Part shown: positions 8,367 through 18,019 of the stretch, in pieces
Layout: each line of letters starts with the position of its first letter
Numbering within the stretch: position 1 is the stretch's first letter
The notes under the pieces: model-generated
Told to the model about the DNA's origin: nothing
What the model saw: the letters and a program-made list of their open reading frames with translations, nothing else
Database searches by the model: none
NCBI GenBank assembly: GCA_018005585.1
Contig: JAGMZX010000018.1
Span: 1-59,090, forward strand
Direction of reading: 5' to 3'
DNA length: 59,090 nucleotides
Origin: Candidatus Hydrogenedentota bacterium
Lineage (GTDB): Bacteria > Hydrogenedentota > Hydrogenedentia > Hydrogenedentales > JAGMZX01
Translations under genes and position numbers: made by a program

Positions 8367-8698
8367 GGACCTGCGATTCCTCGGTACCGGAGGTCTCCCC
8401 CGGGGTTTCATCAATCATTTGATGGATAGACCCGGCCGGAATACCCGCGGTTTCGGGCCCGGCGACAGTTGAAACCGCAGTCGCGGCCGGGGTGCTGCCC
8501 GGCGCGTAACGGATTCGATCTCCAGGAGTATGTTTCGCTATGATCCGAGGCCGTCGTGTGTCTTGCGGTCCCGCGGCCGCAACTGCGCCGGCCGTGCATT
8601 TCAAGTCGTCCTAATATCAGTGGAAGTGGCTGACATAATTCGTAGAAGAGCGTGTCAAGATCGTTAACGCCTTGCGCCAGGGTGATTCCATCATATCC

Positions 8699-9820
8699 AT
8701 GAAGAGACCCGCGTTATTCCTGCTTGCCCTCGTCACGCTTGGCTGCACCGGGAACGGCGGCGGCATGCTGTCGGTATCCGGCGAAATCGAAGGGGTGGGG
8801 GTGAACGCGGGGAGCCGGATCGGGGGCCGGGTCGTCGAAATCCTCGTGGACGAAGGCGCGCCCGTTTCGGCGGGCGACGTGCTGGTGCGGCTGGACGATA
8901 CGGAGGCGCAAGCCGCGGTGGCGGCAGCGCGGGCTCGGGTGGACTCCGCGCGGGCGACCCTGACCAAGCTCGAAGCGGGCGCGACGGAAGAGCAACTGCG
9001 CCAGGCGGAGGCGGCGGTGCGTGTGGCGGAGGAGCAGTACCGCATGGCGGAGAACGGCGCACGCGACGAGGAAATCCGCGCGGCCGCGGCGGTGCTGGAG
9101 GGCGCGCGCGCGGCGCGCGACACGGCGCGCTCGGATTTCGAGCGCATTGCGCGGCTCTACGAGGAGCGTGTGGCGGCGCGGCGTCAATATGACCAGGCAA
9201 AGGCGGCGTTCGACGCGGCGGAGGCGCAATACAGGGCCGCGGCCGAACGGCATGCCATGCTGGAGGAAGGCGCGCGGAACGAGGAAATCGCCATGGCCAA
9301 GGCCGCGCTGGAGCGGGCACAGGCGGGGCGCGATGAACTCGTGCGCGGGCCGCGCGAGGAGGACAAGGCGGCCGCCCGGGCGGCGCTGGACGCCGCCGCT
9401 GCCGACCTGCGGCGGGCCGAGACGATTGCGTCAGAAATGGTCGTCACCGCCCCTAGGGACAGTGTGGTCGAGTCGATTGCCGTGCACGTGGGCGACCTGG
9501 TCGCGCCAGGACCCGTAGTGCGTCTGATAGATCCCGGCGACCTCGAAGTGATGATTTATGTCAGCGCCGCCTTGCTCGGCCATCTCCAAGTCGGGCAGAC
9601 GCTGCCGTTCACCACCGATGCCCACGGAAACGAAGTCTTTGAAGGCACGATCGTCCATATCTCGACGCAGGGAGAATATACGCCGCGCAACCTGCAAACG
9701 CAGGAAGAGCGCGTGCAGCAGGTGTTCGGCGTCAAGCTGAAGCTCGATTCCGCGGGCGGCAAGCTGCGCCCCGGCATGACGGTCGCCGCGCGCATCCCGG
9801 ACCCGCGGAAGGTACCCTGA
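8699..9820 (+). CDS. HlyD/YbhG-like efflux periplasmic adaptor (probable lipoprotein)
   Basis: LVTLGC lipobox-like, GRVVEILVDEGAPVSAGDVLVRLD lipoyl motif, long Ala-rich coiled coil, EYTPRNLQT.EER, LRPGM. Confidence 0.9.
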   Translation: MKRPALFLLALVTLGCTGNGGGMLSVSGEIEGVGVNAGSRIGGRVVEILVDEGAPVSAGDVLVRLDDTEAQAAVAAARARVDSARATLTKLEAGATEEQLRQAEAAVRVAEEQYRMAENGARDEEIRAAAAVLEGARAARDTARSDFERIARLYEERVAARRQYDQAKAAFDAAEAQYRAAAERHAMLEEGARNEEIAMAKAALERAQAGRDELVRGPREEDKAAARAALDAAAADLRRAETIASEMVVTAPRDSVVESIAVHVGDLVAPGPVVRLIDPGDLEVMIYVSAALLGHLQVGQTLPFTTDAHGNEVFEGTIVHISTQGEYTPRNLQTQEERVQQVFGVKLKLDSAGGKLRPGMTVAARIPDPRKVP

Positions 9821-9822
9821 GC

Positions 9823-10791
9823 ATGGCCGGGGGCGCGGCGTCCAAGCCGGTCGTGATCGAGACGCGGGAGCTGTCCCGCCGGTTTGGCCCCCTCGTGGCG
9901 GTGGACCGGGTCAACATCGCCATTGAAGAGGGGGATATCTTCGGCTTTCTGGGCCCGAACGGTTCGGGCAAGACCACGCTGATCCGCATGTTGTGCGGGC
10001 TGCTTCGGCCCAGTTCGGGCCAGGCAACCGTGCTCGGCCACGACGTGCGCAACGACAGCGAGGGGGTCAAGCGCAGCATCGGCTATATGTCGCAGCAGTT
10101 CAGCCTGTACAACGACCTGTCCGTAATGGAGAATCTCCGCTTCTACTCGGGCGTCTATGGCATTCCGCGCAAGCAGCGCGCGCAACGCATAGACGACGTC
10201 ATCGGCATCGTAGGCATAGACCGCTACCGCAAACAGCTTGCGGGCCGGCTGTCGGGCGGCTGGAAGCAGCGGCTGGCCCTGGCGTGCGCGCTGGTGCACC
10301 GGCCGCGCCTCATGTTCCTCGACGAGCCGACGGCGGGCATCGACCCGGTCGCGCGGCGCGACTTGTGGAATCTCCTGTTCGACCTGGCGGGACAGAATGT
10401 CACTTTCTTCGTTACCACGCATTACATGGACGAGGCGGAGCGGTGCAGCCACCTCGGCTACATCTATTTCTCCCGGCTCATTGCCTACGGGACGCCGGGC
10501 GACCTGAAGAAACTCGATGACGTGACGCCCGAGGGCTGCGCGCGCCTCGAGTTGCGCGTGCCGCGCGTGGCGGCCGCGATGCGGTCGCTCAACACGTTTC
10601 CCTATGTGCGCGACGCGACCATCTTCGCCGACGTGGTGCATGTGCTCACGGCGAAAGGCACGGAAGGACGCATCGTAGACGACCTGCGCCGGAGCGGATT
10701 TCCGGACGCGGCGGTCCAGCCCATCCCGGCAACGCTCGAGGACGTGTTCGTCACGCTGACGCGAAGCCGGACGGGGGACAATCATGATTAA
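9823..10791 (+). CDS. ABC transporter ATP-binding protein (YbhF-like)
   Basis: Walker A GPNGSGKTT, signature LSGGWKQR, Walker B LMFLDEPTAGIDP, TTHYMDEAE. Confidence 0.95.
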   Translation: MAGGAASKPVVIETRELSRRFGPLVAVDRVNIAIEEGDIFGFLGPNGSGKTTLIRMLCGLLRPSSGQATVLGHDVRNDSEGVKRSIGYMSQQFSLYNDLSVMENLRFYSGVYGIPRKQRAQRIDDVIGIVGIDRYRKQLAGRLSGGWKQRLALACALVHRPRLMFLDEPTAGIDPVARRDLWNLLFDLAGQNVTFFVTTHYMDEAERCSHLGYIYFSRLIAYGTPGDLKKLDDVTPEGCARLELRVPRVAAAMRSLNTFPYVRDATIFADVVHVLTAKGTEGRIVDDLRRSGFPDAAVQPIPATLEDVFVTLTRSRTGDNHD

Positions 10792-11899
10792 CGGCATCGG
10801 CGCCATTATCTACAAGGAGACGCGGCACATCCTGCGCGATCCGAAGACGCTCTTTCTGATGCTGGTGATCCCGAGCCTGGAGTTGATCATCTTCGGCTAC
10901 GCCGTGGACCTCGACGTGCGGCACATCCCGACGGTCGTCTGCAATCTCGATGCCCGCCAGGAAAGCAAAGCGCTGCTCGACAGCTTCGTCAACACGGGCT
11001 ATTTCGATATTGTCGGTTACGCGAACTCCGGCCAGGAGATGGTCCACGCGATTGTGCGCGGCGACGCCCGGGTGGGCATCAAGATTCCCCCGGATTACAG
11101 CGAGCGCGTTCTCACCGGCGAAAAGACGGAGGTGCAGGTGTTGCTGGATGGCAGCGATTCGACCGTGGCGATGCAGGCGTTGAACGTCAGCAGCGCGATC
11201 GGCTTGCGCAGCTCGGTCCAGATTCTTGGCAGGACGTCGCCGAGCCGGTGGGAGCTTCCCGTGGACATGCGCCAGCGCGTCCTCTTCAACCCGGACATGA
11301 AGACCGCGAATTTCATGGTGCCCGGCCTCGTGGGCGTGATTCTCCAGGTGGTTATCATGCTGCTCACTTCGTTTGCGATCGTGCGGGAAAAGGAGCAGGG
11401 CACGCTCGAACAGCTTATCGTCACGCCCGTCTCGCGCCTGGGCCTCATGCTGGGCAAGCTTGTTCCCTTCGGTGTCATCGGCGTGGCGGAAGTCGTATCC
11501 GTGCTGACGCTGATGCGCGTCCTGTTTCAGGTTCCGATAGCGGGGAGCCTGCTGTTGCTGGGGGGATTCACGGCGATCTTTCTGTTCACGACGCTGGGGC
11601 TTGGCCTGCTCGTATCGACCTTCGCCAGCAATCAGATTCAGGCCTTGCAGATTTCCTTTCTCATCCTGCTGCCCACATTCCTGCTGTCGGGGTTCATGTT
11701 CCCCCAGGAGACCATGCCGCCGGTCATCTACGCGATTGGCCAGGTTGTCCCCGCGACCTACTTCCTGCGAATCCTCCGCGGGATCATTCTGCGCGACGCC
11801 GGGTTCTACGACCTGTGGCCGAATGCCGCGATCCTGGCCTGCATGGGCTTCTGCGTGATCTGGCTGGCAACGCTGCGGTTCCACAAGACGCTGGCGTAA
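10784..11899 (+). CDS. ABC-2 type transporter permease (YbhR/S-like)
   Basis: AIVREKEQGTLEQLIVTP, LLSGFMFP, PATYF. Overlaps the ATPase stop codon. Confidence 0.93.
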   Translation: MINGIGAIIYKETRHILRDPKTLFLMLVIPSLELIIFGYAVDLDVRHIPTVVCNLDARQESKALLDSFVNTGYFDIVGYANSGQEMVHAIVRGDARVGIKIPPDYSERVLTGEKTEVQVLLDGSDSTVAMQALNVSSAIGLRSSVQILGRTSPSRWELPVDMRQRVLFNPDMKTANFMVPGLVGVILQVVIMLLTSFAIVREKEQGTLEQLIVTPVSRLGLMLGKLVPFGVIGVAEVVSVLTLMRVLFQVPIAGSLLLLGGFTAIFLFTTLGLGLLVSTFASNQIQALQISFLILLPTFLLSGFMFPQETMPPVIYAIGQVVPATYFLRILRGIILRDAGFYDLWPNAAILACMGFCVIWLATLRFHKTLA

Positions 11900-12116
11900 G
11901 CGTTCACCCGCGCGGGTACGCGCGGGCGGAATGCGGCCGTTGTTCGGGTCTTTGCCGCTGTCTCAATAGGAACCAGGGACGAACGTCCGGGAATCCGCAT
12001 TCAAGGCCCTCTGCCAGCACCTGCCTGTGGCGTCCCTGCTTCCCACGGTTTTCCGGGAAGATTGCCGGCGCGGAAGCGGCCCGTGCTACTATCGCGTCAC
12101 CCTGGGAGTTCCACTC

Positions 12117-14063
12117 ATGCCGCAACATGCACTGTCGCGATTGTCCTGGACCCTCGAGGGCTGGCGACCCTATGCCTGGATGCTCGGCCGCAAGCCCGGC
12201 GCAAGTCACATCCAGGCGGATATCGCGCCGGTTTCGGCGCGCGTGCCGGGGTCGGTGCAGGCCGCGCTGCTGGCGGCGGGGCTGCTGCCGGACTGGCATC
12301 TGGGCGTGCATTCGCGGGACTGTGAATGGGTCGAGCACCGGCACTGGCTTTTTGAAACCACGATACCGGCGGCGTGGACGCCGCCGGGCGAACAGGCCGT
12401 GCTCGTTGCGGAAGGCCTGGATTACGCGGGCTGGGTCCTCGTGGACAACGTGGAGGTTGCGCGGTTCGCGGGCGCGCTGGCGCCGCACCGGTTCGACCTG
12501 ACAGCCCAGATCAGCGACGGCCGGCCGCACCGGCTCAGCATCTGTTTCGATGAGGCCCCGCCCGAGCAGGGGCAGATCGGATATTCCTCGCGTTCGCGCT
12601 ACTTCAAGCCGCGCTATCCCTACAGTTGGGACTGGTGCCCGCGGCTCGTGCCCGTTGGCGTCTGGGACGCGCTTTGCCTGGAAACGGGGTCAAGCGCGGC
12701 ATTCCGCCTTGACCGCGTTCGCGCCACGCTCGCCGGGGACTACGCCACGGGCCGTATCGAGGCCGCGGTCGGCACCGAAAGTCCCGCGGCGGAAGGCATG
12801 ACGGTCCATGCAATTCTCCTGGATGGCGAGCGGGAATGCGGGCGCGCGCGGGCCCCGCTCGAACAAGCTGGCGCGACGGTGGCGCTGGACGGCCTCGCCG
12901 TGCAACCGTGGTGGCCAAACGGCGCGGGAGAGCAGAAACTGTACACCCTCGAAGTCCGCGTCGTGGATGCGCACGGAGCGCCTGTCTGGCGCGCGGAGCG
13001 TCAGGCCGGGTTCCGGCATATCGCGTGGCGCGCGTGCGAGGCCGCCCCCGAAGGGGCGCTGCCCTGGATTTGCGAGGTGAACGGAACGCCGGTCTTCCTG
13101 CAGGGCGCGAACTGGGTGCCGCCGCGCATCGCCTACCATGACGTTACAGAGGAAGACTACCGTGCGCTCATCGGCCTGTACCGGGAAATGGGCTGCAATG
13201 CGCTGCGCGTTTGGGGCGGCGGCATTCTCGAAAAGGAGACCTTCTACGACCTGTGCGACCAGGCAGGCATCTTCGTATGGCAGGAATTCCCGCTGTCTTC
13301 GTCCGGCGTGGAGAACCTGCCCCCGGACTGCCCGGAGGCGATAGCAACGCTCGCCGGCATCGCGCGTTCGTACATCGCGAGGCGCGCCCATCACGCGTCG
13401 CTGCTGCTGTGGTGCGGCGGCAACGAACTCACGCTTGCGGACGCCTCGCCCGTGGACGCGTCGCATCCGTGCATTGCGGCGCTGCGGCGTGTAGTCGAGG
13501 AGGAAGACCCCGGGCGCCGGTTTCTCCCCACGTCGCCGAGCGGACCCGAGTTTTACGCGCACGCAGCCGCGTACGGCAAGGGACGGCACCACGACATCCA
13601 CGGGCCGTGGGGCATGGCCGGGTTCGCCGGCCTGGAAGCGTGGCGCGCGTACTGGGAGGGCGACGACGCGCTGTTCCGTTCCGAAGTCGGCATGCCCGGC
13701 GCAATGGACGCGGACCTGATCCTGAAATACGCGGACGGCATGGCCTGCTGGCCGCCGGAGGGCGAATACTGGGGGCATACAGCTGCGTGGTGGACGCAGT
13801 GGGACCGGCTGCAGGCGCAGTTTGAACACATGGGTCCGGAGGCGGGGCTGCGCGCATACGTGCAACAGACACAGGCGTATCAGGCGGCGGCTTACGCGGT
13901 TGCGGCGGCTTGCTGCAAACAGCGCTTCCCGAAGTGCGGCGGGTTCCTCATCTGGATGGGTCACGACTGCTTCCCCTGCCCCGCCAACAACTCCGTTATC
14001 GATTTCGAGCGCCGGCCCAAGCCGGCATATTTCGCGCTGCAGCAGGTCTTTCTGCGGCGGTAG
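12117..14063 (+). CDS. Glycoside hydrolase family 2 (beta-mannosidase-like)
   Basis: EGLDY, YSWDW.PRL, FLQGANWVP, CNALRVWGGG, WQEFPLS, WCGGNE (acid/base), SEVGMPG (nucleophile region). Confidence 0.88.
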   Translation: MPQHALSRLSWTLEGWRPYAWMLGRKPGASHIQADIAPVSARVPGSVQAALLAAGLLPDWHLGVHSRDCEWVEHRHWLFETTIPAAWTPPGEQAVLVAEGLDYAGWVLVDNVEVARFAGALAPHRFDLTAQISDGRPHRLSICFDEAPPEQGQIGYSSRSRYFKPRYPYSWDWCPRLVPVGVWDALCLETGSSAAFRLDRVRATLAGDYATGRIEAAVGTESPAAEGMTVHAILLDGERECGRARAPLEQAGATVALDGLAVQPWWPNGAGEQKLYTLEVRVVDAHGAPVWRAERQAGFRHIAWRACEAAPEGALPWICEVNGTPVFLQGANWVPPRIAYHDVTEEDYRALIGLYREMGCNALRVWGGGILEKETFYDLCDQAGIFVWQEFPLSSSGVENLPPDCPEAIATLAGIARSYIARRAHHASLLLWCGGNELTLADASPVDASHPCIAALRRVVEEEDPGRRFLPTSPSGPEFYAHAAAYGKGRHHDIHGPWGMAGFAGLEAWRAYWEGDDALFRSEVGMPGAMDADLILKYADGMACWPPEGEYWGHTAAWWTQWDRLQAQFEHMGPEAGLRAYVQQTQAYQAAAYAVAAACCKQRFPKCGGFLIWMGHDCFPCPANNSVIDFERRPKPAYFALQQVFLRR

Positions 14064-14072
14064 GAAACGGGT

Positions 14073-15275
14073 TCAGCCTGCGTGCTCGAGCACGATCTTT
14101 ATGGCGCCGGTGCGGCCCTTGTGGAGAAACGCCTTCGCGGCGTCCTTGTAGCGCGCCATGGGGAAGCGGTGGGTGATGATGTCGGCGGGGTCCACCGCGT
14201 TCGTGAGCAGCATATCCGCGGCGATGTCGAAAGAAGTCCGGCCATCGGCTTCCGAGGCGTGGCAGTTGATGCCGGAAACCTGGACTTCCTGCGACCAGAT
14301 GGGCGAGTAGTCGACGCGCCCCGGCTTGAAGTTGATGCCGACCAGCACAATAGCGCCGCCGCCGCGCGCCCAGCGCAGCGCATGTTGCAGCGTCGCGTCG
14401 CTCCCGACCGTGTCGTAAATGCGGTCAAAGCCTCCCAGCAGGATTTCGTTGCCAAAGTGGCCGCGCACGTAACGCGCGCCCGCGGTTTCCGCCACGCGCC
14501 GGTAGAGGCCGGGGCCTTCCTCAATGACCGCCGCACCGTATTTCGCCGCGACCCGCGCCTGGAATGGATAGCGCGCAAGGCAGTGTACCGCGGCGTCCGG
14601 CGCCATGCGCCGCAAGGCCACGACGGCAAGCAGTCCGATGGCGCCGCCGCCGATGACCAGCACGCGTTCGCCCGGCCGCGGGGGCGCCTTGAGCACGCCA
14701 TGCGCGGCGCTTGCGAGCGGCTCTATCAGCACGGCGGCGTCGTTGCTCAGTGCCGGGGGGACGCGAAACGGCTGCGTCCGGTGCATGACCATGTACGGCG
14801 AGAAGCCGCCGCCGGTGTCCCGCAGGGGCAGGCTGCCGCGGCCCAGGTTTTCGCAGAGCATGTAGTTGCCCCGCGCGCATTGCGGGCACGGAGGGGCGTG
14901 CTCCATCTGGAAGCACGACGGCCAGTCGATGCGCAGGACGACGCGATCGCCCGCGGCCAGCCCTTCCACCTCACTTCCGGCCTGGGCCACTTCGCCGACG
15001 AGTTCGTGTCCGAGGAATTTACGATGAATGCCGGGCACGGCCGCGGAAAAGCATTTCGGGTCGAGGTCCATGAACATGAAATGCAGGTCGGTGCCGCATA
15101 GACCGCACTGAATATTGCGAACCTTGAGCCAGCGTTCATTGGGAATCGCGGGCTCGGGCACTTCCGCGTAGCGCAGCGGCGACAACGGGCCGAGCGCTGC
15201 ATAGCGGAAGAGGCGTTCCGCGACTTTGAGGGCCATGACTTTACCGGGACGGTTCTCGAAAAAAAGCGCCTTCAT
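14073..15275 (-). CDS. Zinc-dependent alcohol dehydrogenase family (MDR) oxidoreductase
   Basis: CGLCGTDLH, GHELVG, structural-Zn Cys cluster C..PCPQCARGNYMLC, NAD loop GGGAIG. ATG overlaps the upstream TGA (15272-15275). Confidence 0.88.
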   Translation of the reverse strand: MKALFFENRPGKVMALKVAERLFRYAALGPLSPLRYAEVPEPAIPNERWLKVRNIQCGLCGTDLHFMFMDLDPKCFSAAVPGIHRKFLGHELVGEVAQAGSEVEGLAAGDRVVLRIDWPSCFQMEHAPPCPQCARGNYMLCENLGRGSLPLRDTGGGFSPYMVMHRTQPFRVPPALSNDAAVLIEPLASAAHGVLKAPPRPGERVLVIGGGAIGLLAVVALRRMAPDAAVHCLARYPFQARVAAKYGAAVIEEGPGLYRRVAETAGARYVRGHFGNEILLGGFDRIYDTVGSDATLQHALRWARGGGAIVLVGINFKPGRVDYSPIWSQEVQVSGINCHASEADGRTSFDIAADMLLTNAVDPADIITHRFPMARYKDAAKAFLHKGRTGAIKIVLEHAG

Positions 15276-16477
15276 AGGCACGCCTGGACCGCCGCGACAA
15301 TGGCGTCCGCTTCGTCCGCCGTGAGCAACAGGCTCGGGCGCAGCACGACGGCGTGCCGCGCCACCGCACCCGGGAGCACAAGCAGGCCGTTTGAAGCGGC
15401 GCGGCGGCAGAACTCGCGGGCCGATTCTTCCGTGCCGCAGTCCAGCGACAGCGCGAGACCGGTCCCGGCGGCGTCGCGGAAAGGCGCGCCGGGCCGCGCC
15501 GCGATCCCGCGCAGCGCGTCGAGCAGCCGCGCGCCCATCGCGGCCGCGTTGCGCCACGGCTCGAGGCGCGCGTAGGCCTCGAGGGTCTTCAGACCGACCC
15601 GGCACCCGATATCCGACCCGCCGAAGGTCGAGAGGTGAATCATGGGATGCGCGTTCATGAAACGGTTAACCTCCTGCGTCAGCAGGGTCGCCGCGATGGG
15701 AAACACGCCGCCGCCGAGCGCTTCGCCCAAGACAAGGATGTCCGGCGAGATGCCGAGCGCCCCGTACGCGAACCGTGCGCCCGTGCGCCCGAAATTGGTC
15801 TGTGTCTCATCCGCCACGAGCAGCGCGCCGGTCTTGCGGCACGCGCGTTCTATCGCCAGCGCATACTCGGGCGAGACGGCGCGGCAGTGGTTCTCGACCT
15901 GCACCGGCTCGAAGATGAACGCCGCGGTCTTTGGCGTGATCGCCGCCTCGATCGCGTCCGAATCGCCGAAGGGCACGGTGCGCACCTCGGGGACCAGCGG
16001 TCCAAAACGCTGCTTGTCCGCGCGGTCGGACAGCGTGAGCGCGAATCCCGTGTGCCCGTACCAGCCGCCGTCCACGGTGACCAGTTCCGCGCGGCCGGTG
16101 TGGCCCCGGGCGGCCTTGCACGCGAATTCCATCGCTTCGCCGCGCATGACGCTGTACACCGCGCATTCGAGCGGCCCCGGCACGAACGTCGCGAGCGCTT
16201 CCGCCAGGCGCGACTTCTCGACCGAGATCATCGGGAAGTTGCCTTGGTCCGTCTCGCGCATGGCGGCGCGCAGCGCCTCGATGAGTTCCGGCGGGCGCCG
16301 CCCGAGGTTGTACGTGCCCGCGCCGCAGACGCAGTCGAGATACCGGCGGTCGGCGGTGTCCCAGACCCACGCCCCCTCGCGCTTGCCTTCGAAGAAATCG
16401 TGGCCCATGGCGCGCAACCACTCCAGCCGGCCCTGCGCCAGGCCGGGACACACAGCGGCGGGGAATGCCTGGTTCAT
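15272..16477 (-). CDS. Class-III aminotransferase-fold protein lacking the PLP Schiff-base lysine (Glu at that position)
   Basis: FIFEPVQVE, ADETQTNFGRTG, DILVLGEALGGG (consensus GKxLGGG), HLSTFGGS. Start overlaps the upstream TGA (ATGA 16474-16477). Confidence 0.88.
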   Translation of the reverse strand: MNQAFPAAVCPGLAQGRLEWLRAMGHDFFEGKREGAWVWDTADRRYLDCVCGAGTYNLGRRPPELIEALRAAMRETDQGNFPMISVEKSRLAEALATFVPGPLECAVYSVMRGEAMEFACKAARGHTGRAELVTVDGGWYGHTGFALTLSDRADKQRFGPLVPEVRTVPFGDSDAIEAAITPKTAAFIFEPVQVENHCRAVSPEYALAIERACRKTGALLVADETQTNFGRTGARFAYGALGISPDILVLGEALGGGVFPIAATLLTQEVNRFMNAHPMIHLSTFGGSDIGCRVGLKTLEAYARLEPWRNAAAMGARLLDALRGIAARPGAPFRDAAGTGLALSLDCGTEESAREFCRRAASNGLLVLPGAVARHAVVLRPSLLLTADEADAIVAAVQACL

Positions 16478-17883
16478 GACACGCGCCTCCGCGAGGGCAT
16501 CCATTCCTCGATGCTGCGCAACAGGCCGAACAAGGCCATCTGTGCCCTTTCGTTATTGAGCAGCCGGAGCACGCCGGGGACTCTGACGGCGAGCAGGGCC
16601 GCGGGCAGCAGCGTCATCATGTCGCGCACGGATTCCCGGATAGCGGCGATGACCTCTTCGAGTTCCGCCTCGCTCACCGTGATTGGGACCATGAAACGCA
16701 TGACTTGCGGCGCATTGCCCGAGTAGGCGGCGAAGACGCCATGCCGCGCAAGCGCGTCGGACATCATGGGCCCCATGAATTCGTGCACATACTCGATGCC
16801 GACCATGAGCCCGAGCCCGCGCACGGCGCGCACGATCCGCGGGTTTTCGTCGCGCAGGTCTTCCAGGGCCTGTCTCAGGCGCGCACCGCGCCGCGCCGCG
16901 TTCTCCCACAAGCGCGTTTCCTCGATGTATTCGAGCACGCGCAAGGCGACGCGGCAACCCAGGTCCGTCCCGCCGCCCCACGTCTCGTGGAACAGCGGGT
17001 TGCGGTCCACGAAGTCCGTCAGGACGGGCACGGGCCGGTATACGGCCGCCGCCATGGGGTAGAGGCCGCCGCCCAGCGATTTCGCGACGGTCATGATGTC
17101 CGGGACTACGTTCGCATGTTCACTGGCGAAGAGACGCCCGGTGCGCCCGAAACCGGTCTGAATTTCGTCAAATATCAGGAGAACGCCCTGTTGGTCGCAG
17201 AGGTTGCGCACCCCTTCGAGATAGGCGGCGCCGGCGGGAAAGATGCCAGCTTCGCCCTGGACCGGCTCGAGAAGCACGGCGGCGGTCCGGTCCGACACAC
17301 GCGCGCGCATCGCGCCAAGATCGTTGAACGGCACAAAGGTGAAATCCGGCATGAGCGGTTCGCAGTAATGACGGTAATGCGCCTTGCCGTTGGCGGACAG
17401 CGCGAATCCGGTGTGGCCGTGGTACGCCTTCACCGTCGCGACGATCTCGCTGCGCCCGGTCGCGCCGCGCGCGAGCTTAATCGCGCAGTCGATCGCATCG
17501 CCGCCGCCCGCCGCAAAAAGAACCTGATTCAGGTCGCCGGGCGCGAGCGCGGCCAATTTCGCCGCGAGCGCCAGTTTGGCCGGCGAAACCATGTGAAACG
17601 CGCCCATGTCGAGGTCGTTCAGAGCCGCGTCCAGCGCGTCCATGACGGACGGATTGTGACGGGATACGTTGAAGCAGCCGGCGGCAGTGAAACAGTCGTA
17701 CATGCGCCGGCCCGATGCGGCGTCCCGGAATCCGACGCCTTCCCGGTCCGTTTCTACGACGTCCAGGTGTCCCGCGCGCAGATACTTCATCTGACCGCGG
17801 TTGAGGTAGCGCGAGAACCGGGCCACGAGGCTGGCCTTTTCCGCCTGGGTCATGCGTGGCCCCGGCGGTGTGGTGCTGGACAT
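16474..17883 (-). CDS. Class-III PLP aminotransferase (putrescine/acetylornithine aminotransferase-like), catalytic Lys present
   Basis: AYHGHT, LLEPVQGEAGI, FDEIQTGFGRTG, DIMTVAKSLGGG (K268). Confidence 0.9.
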   Translation of the reverse strand: MSSTTPPGPRMTQAEKASLVARFSRYLNRGQMKYLRAGHLDVVETDREGVGFRDAASGRRMYDCFTAAGCFNVSRHNPSVMDALDAALNDLDMGAFHMVSPAKLALAAKLAALAPGDLNQVLFAAGGGDAIDCAIKLARGATGRSEIVATVKAYHGHTGFALSANGKAHYRHYCEPLMPDFTFVPFNDLGAMRARVSDRTAAVLLEPVQGEAGIFPAGAAYLEGVRNLCDQQGVLLIFDEIQTGFGRTGRLFASEHANVVPDIMTVAKSLGGGLYPMAAAVYRPVPVLTDFVDRNPLFHETWGGGTDLGCRVALRVLEYIEETRLWENAARRGARLRQALEDLRDENPRIVRAVRGLGLMVGIEYVHEFMGPMMSDALARHGVFAAYSGNAPQVMRFMVPITVSEAELEEVIAAIRESVRDMMTLLPAALLAVRVPGVLRLLNNERAQMALFGLLRSIEEWMPSRRRVS

Positions 17884-17960
17884 GGGTCTTCTCCTCGCTA
17901 CAAGACACAGGGTGATTCTTTCACGCCGGGACGGGGCGGCGCAATGCCGGTCGCGGCGGC

Positions 17961-17989
17961 TTGACCGGGTCGCGCGCCCGTCCCATAAT
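17961..17989 (+). promoter_or_regulatory. Sigma-70-type promoter for the Gfo/Idh/MocA gene
   Basis: TTGACC-N17-CATAAT, 30 bp upstream of ATG 18020. Confidence 0.65.
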
Positions 17990-18019
17990 GCGCCGGTGCC
18001 GCAAGGGGAGAAAACGCCG

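Noticed and set aside
6204-8429. Long alternative-frame and antisense ORFs (for example 6204-8429 +, 28400-30457 -, 51881-53947 +, 44763-46112 -)
   Set aside because: They overlap well-supported genes on the other strand, have no family motifs, and are expected shadows of GC-rich codon usage.
8420-8640. GC-rich stems upstream of the CREST-like gene as a riboswitch or ncRNA
   Set aside because: No recognisable aptamer consensus; short stems are expected at this GC content. An Rfam/Infernal scan would settle it.
8699-11899. HlyD-ABC-permease operon as a specialised peptide or toxin exporter
   Set aside because: Ordinary YbhGFS-like architecture with no adjacent precursor or modification genes.
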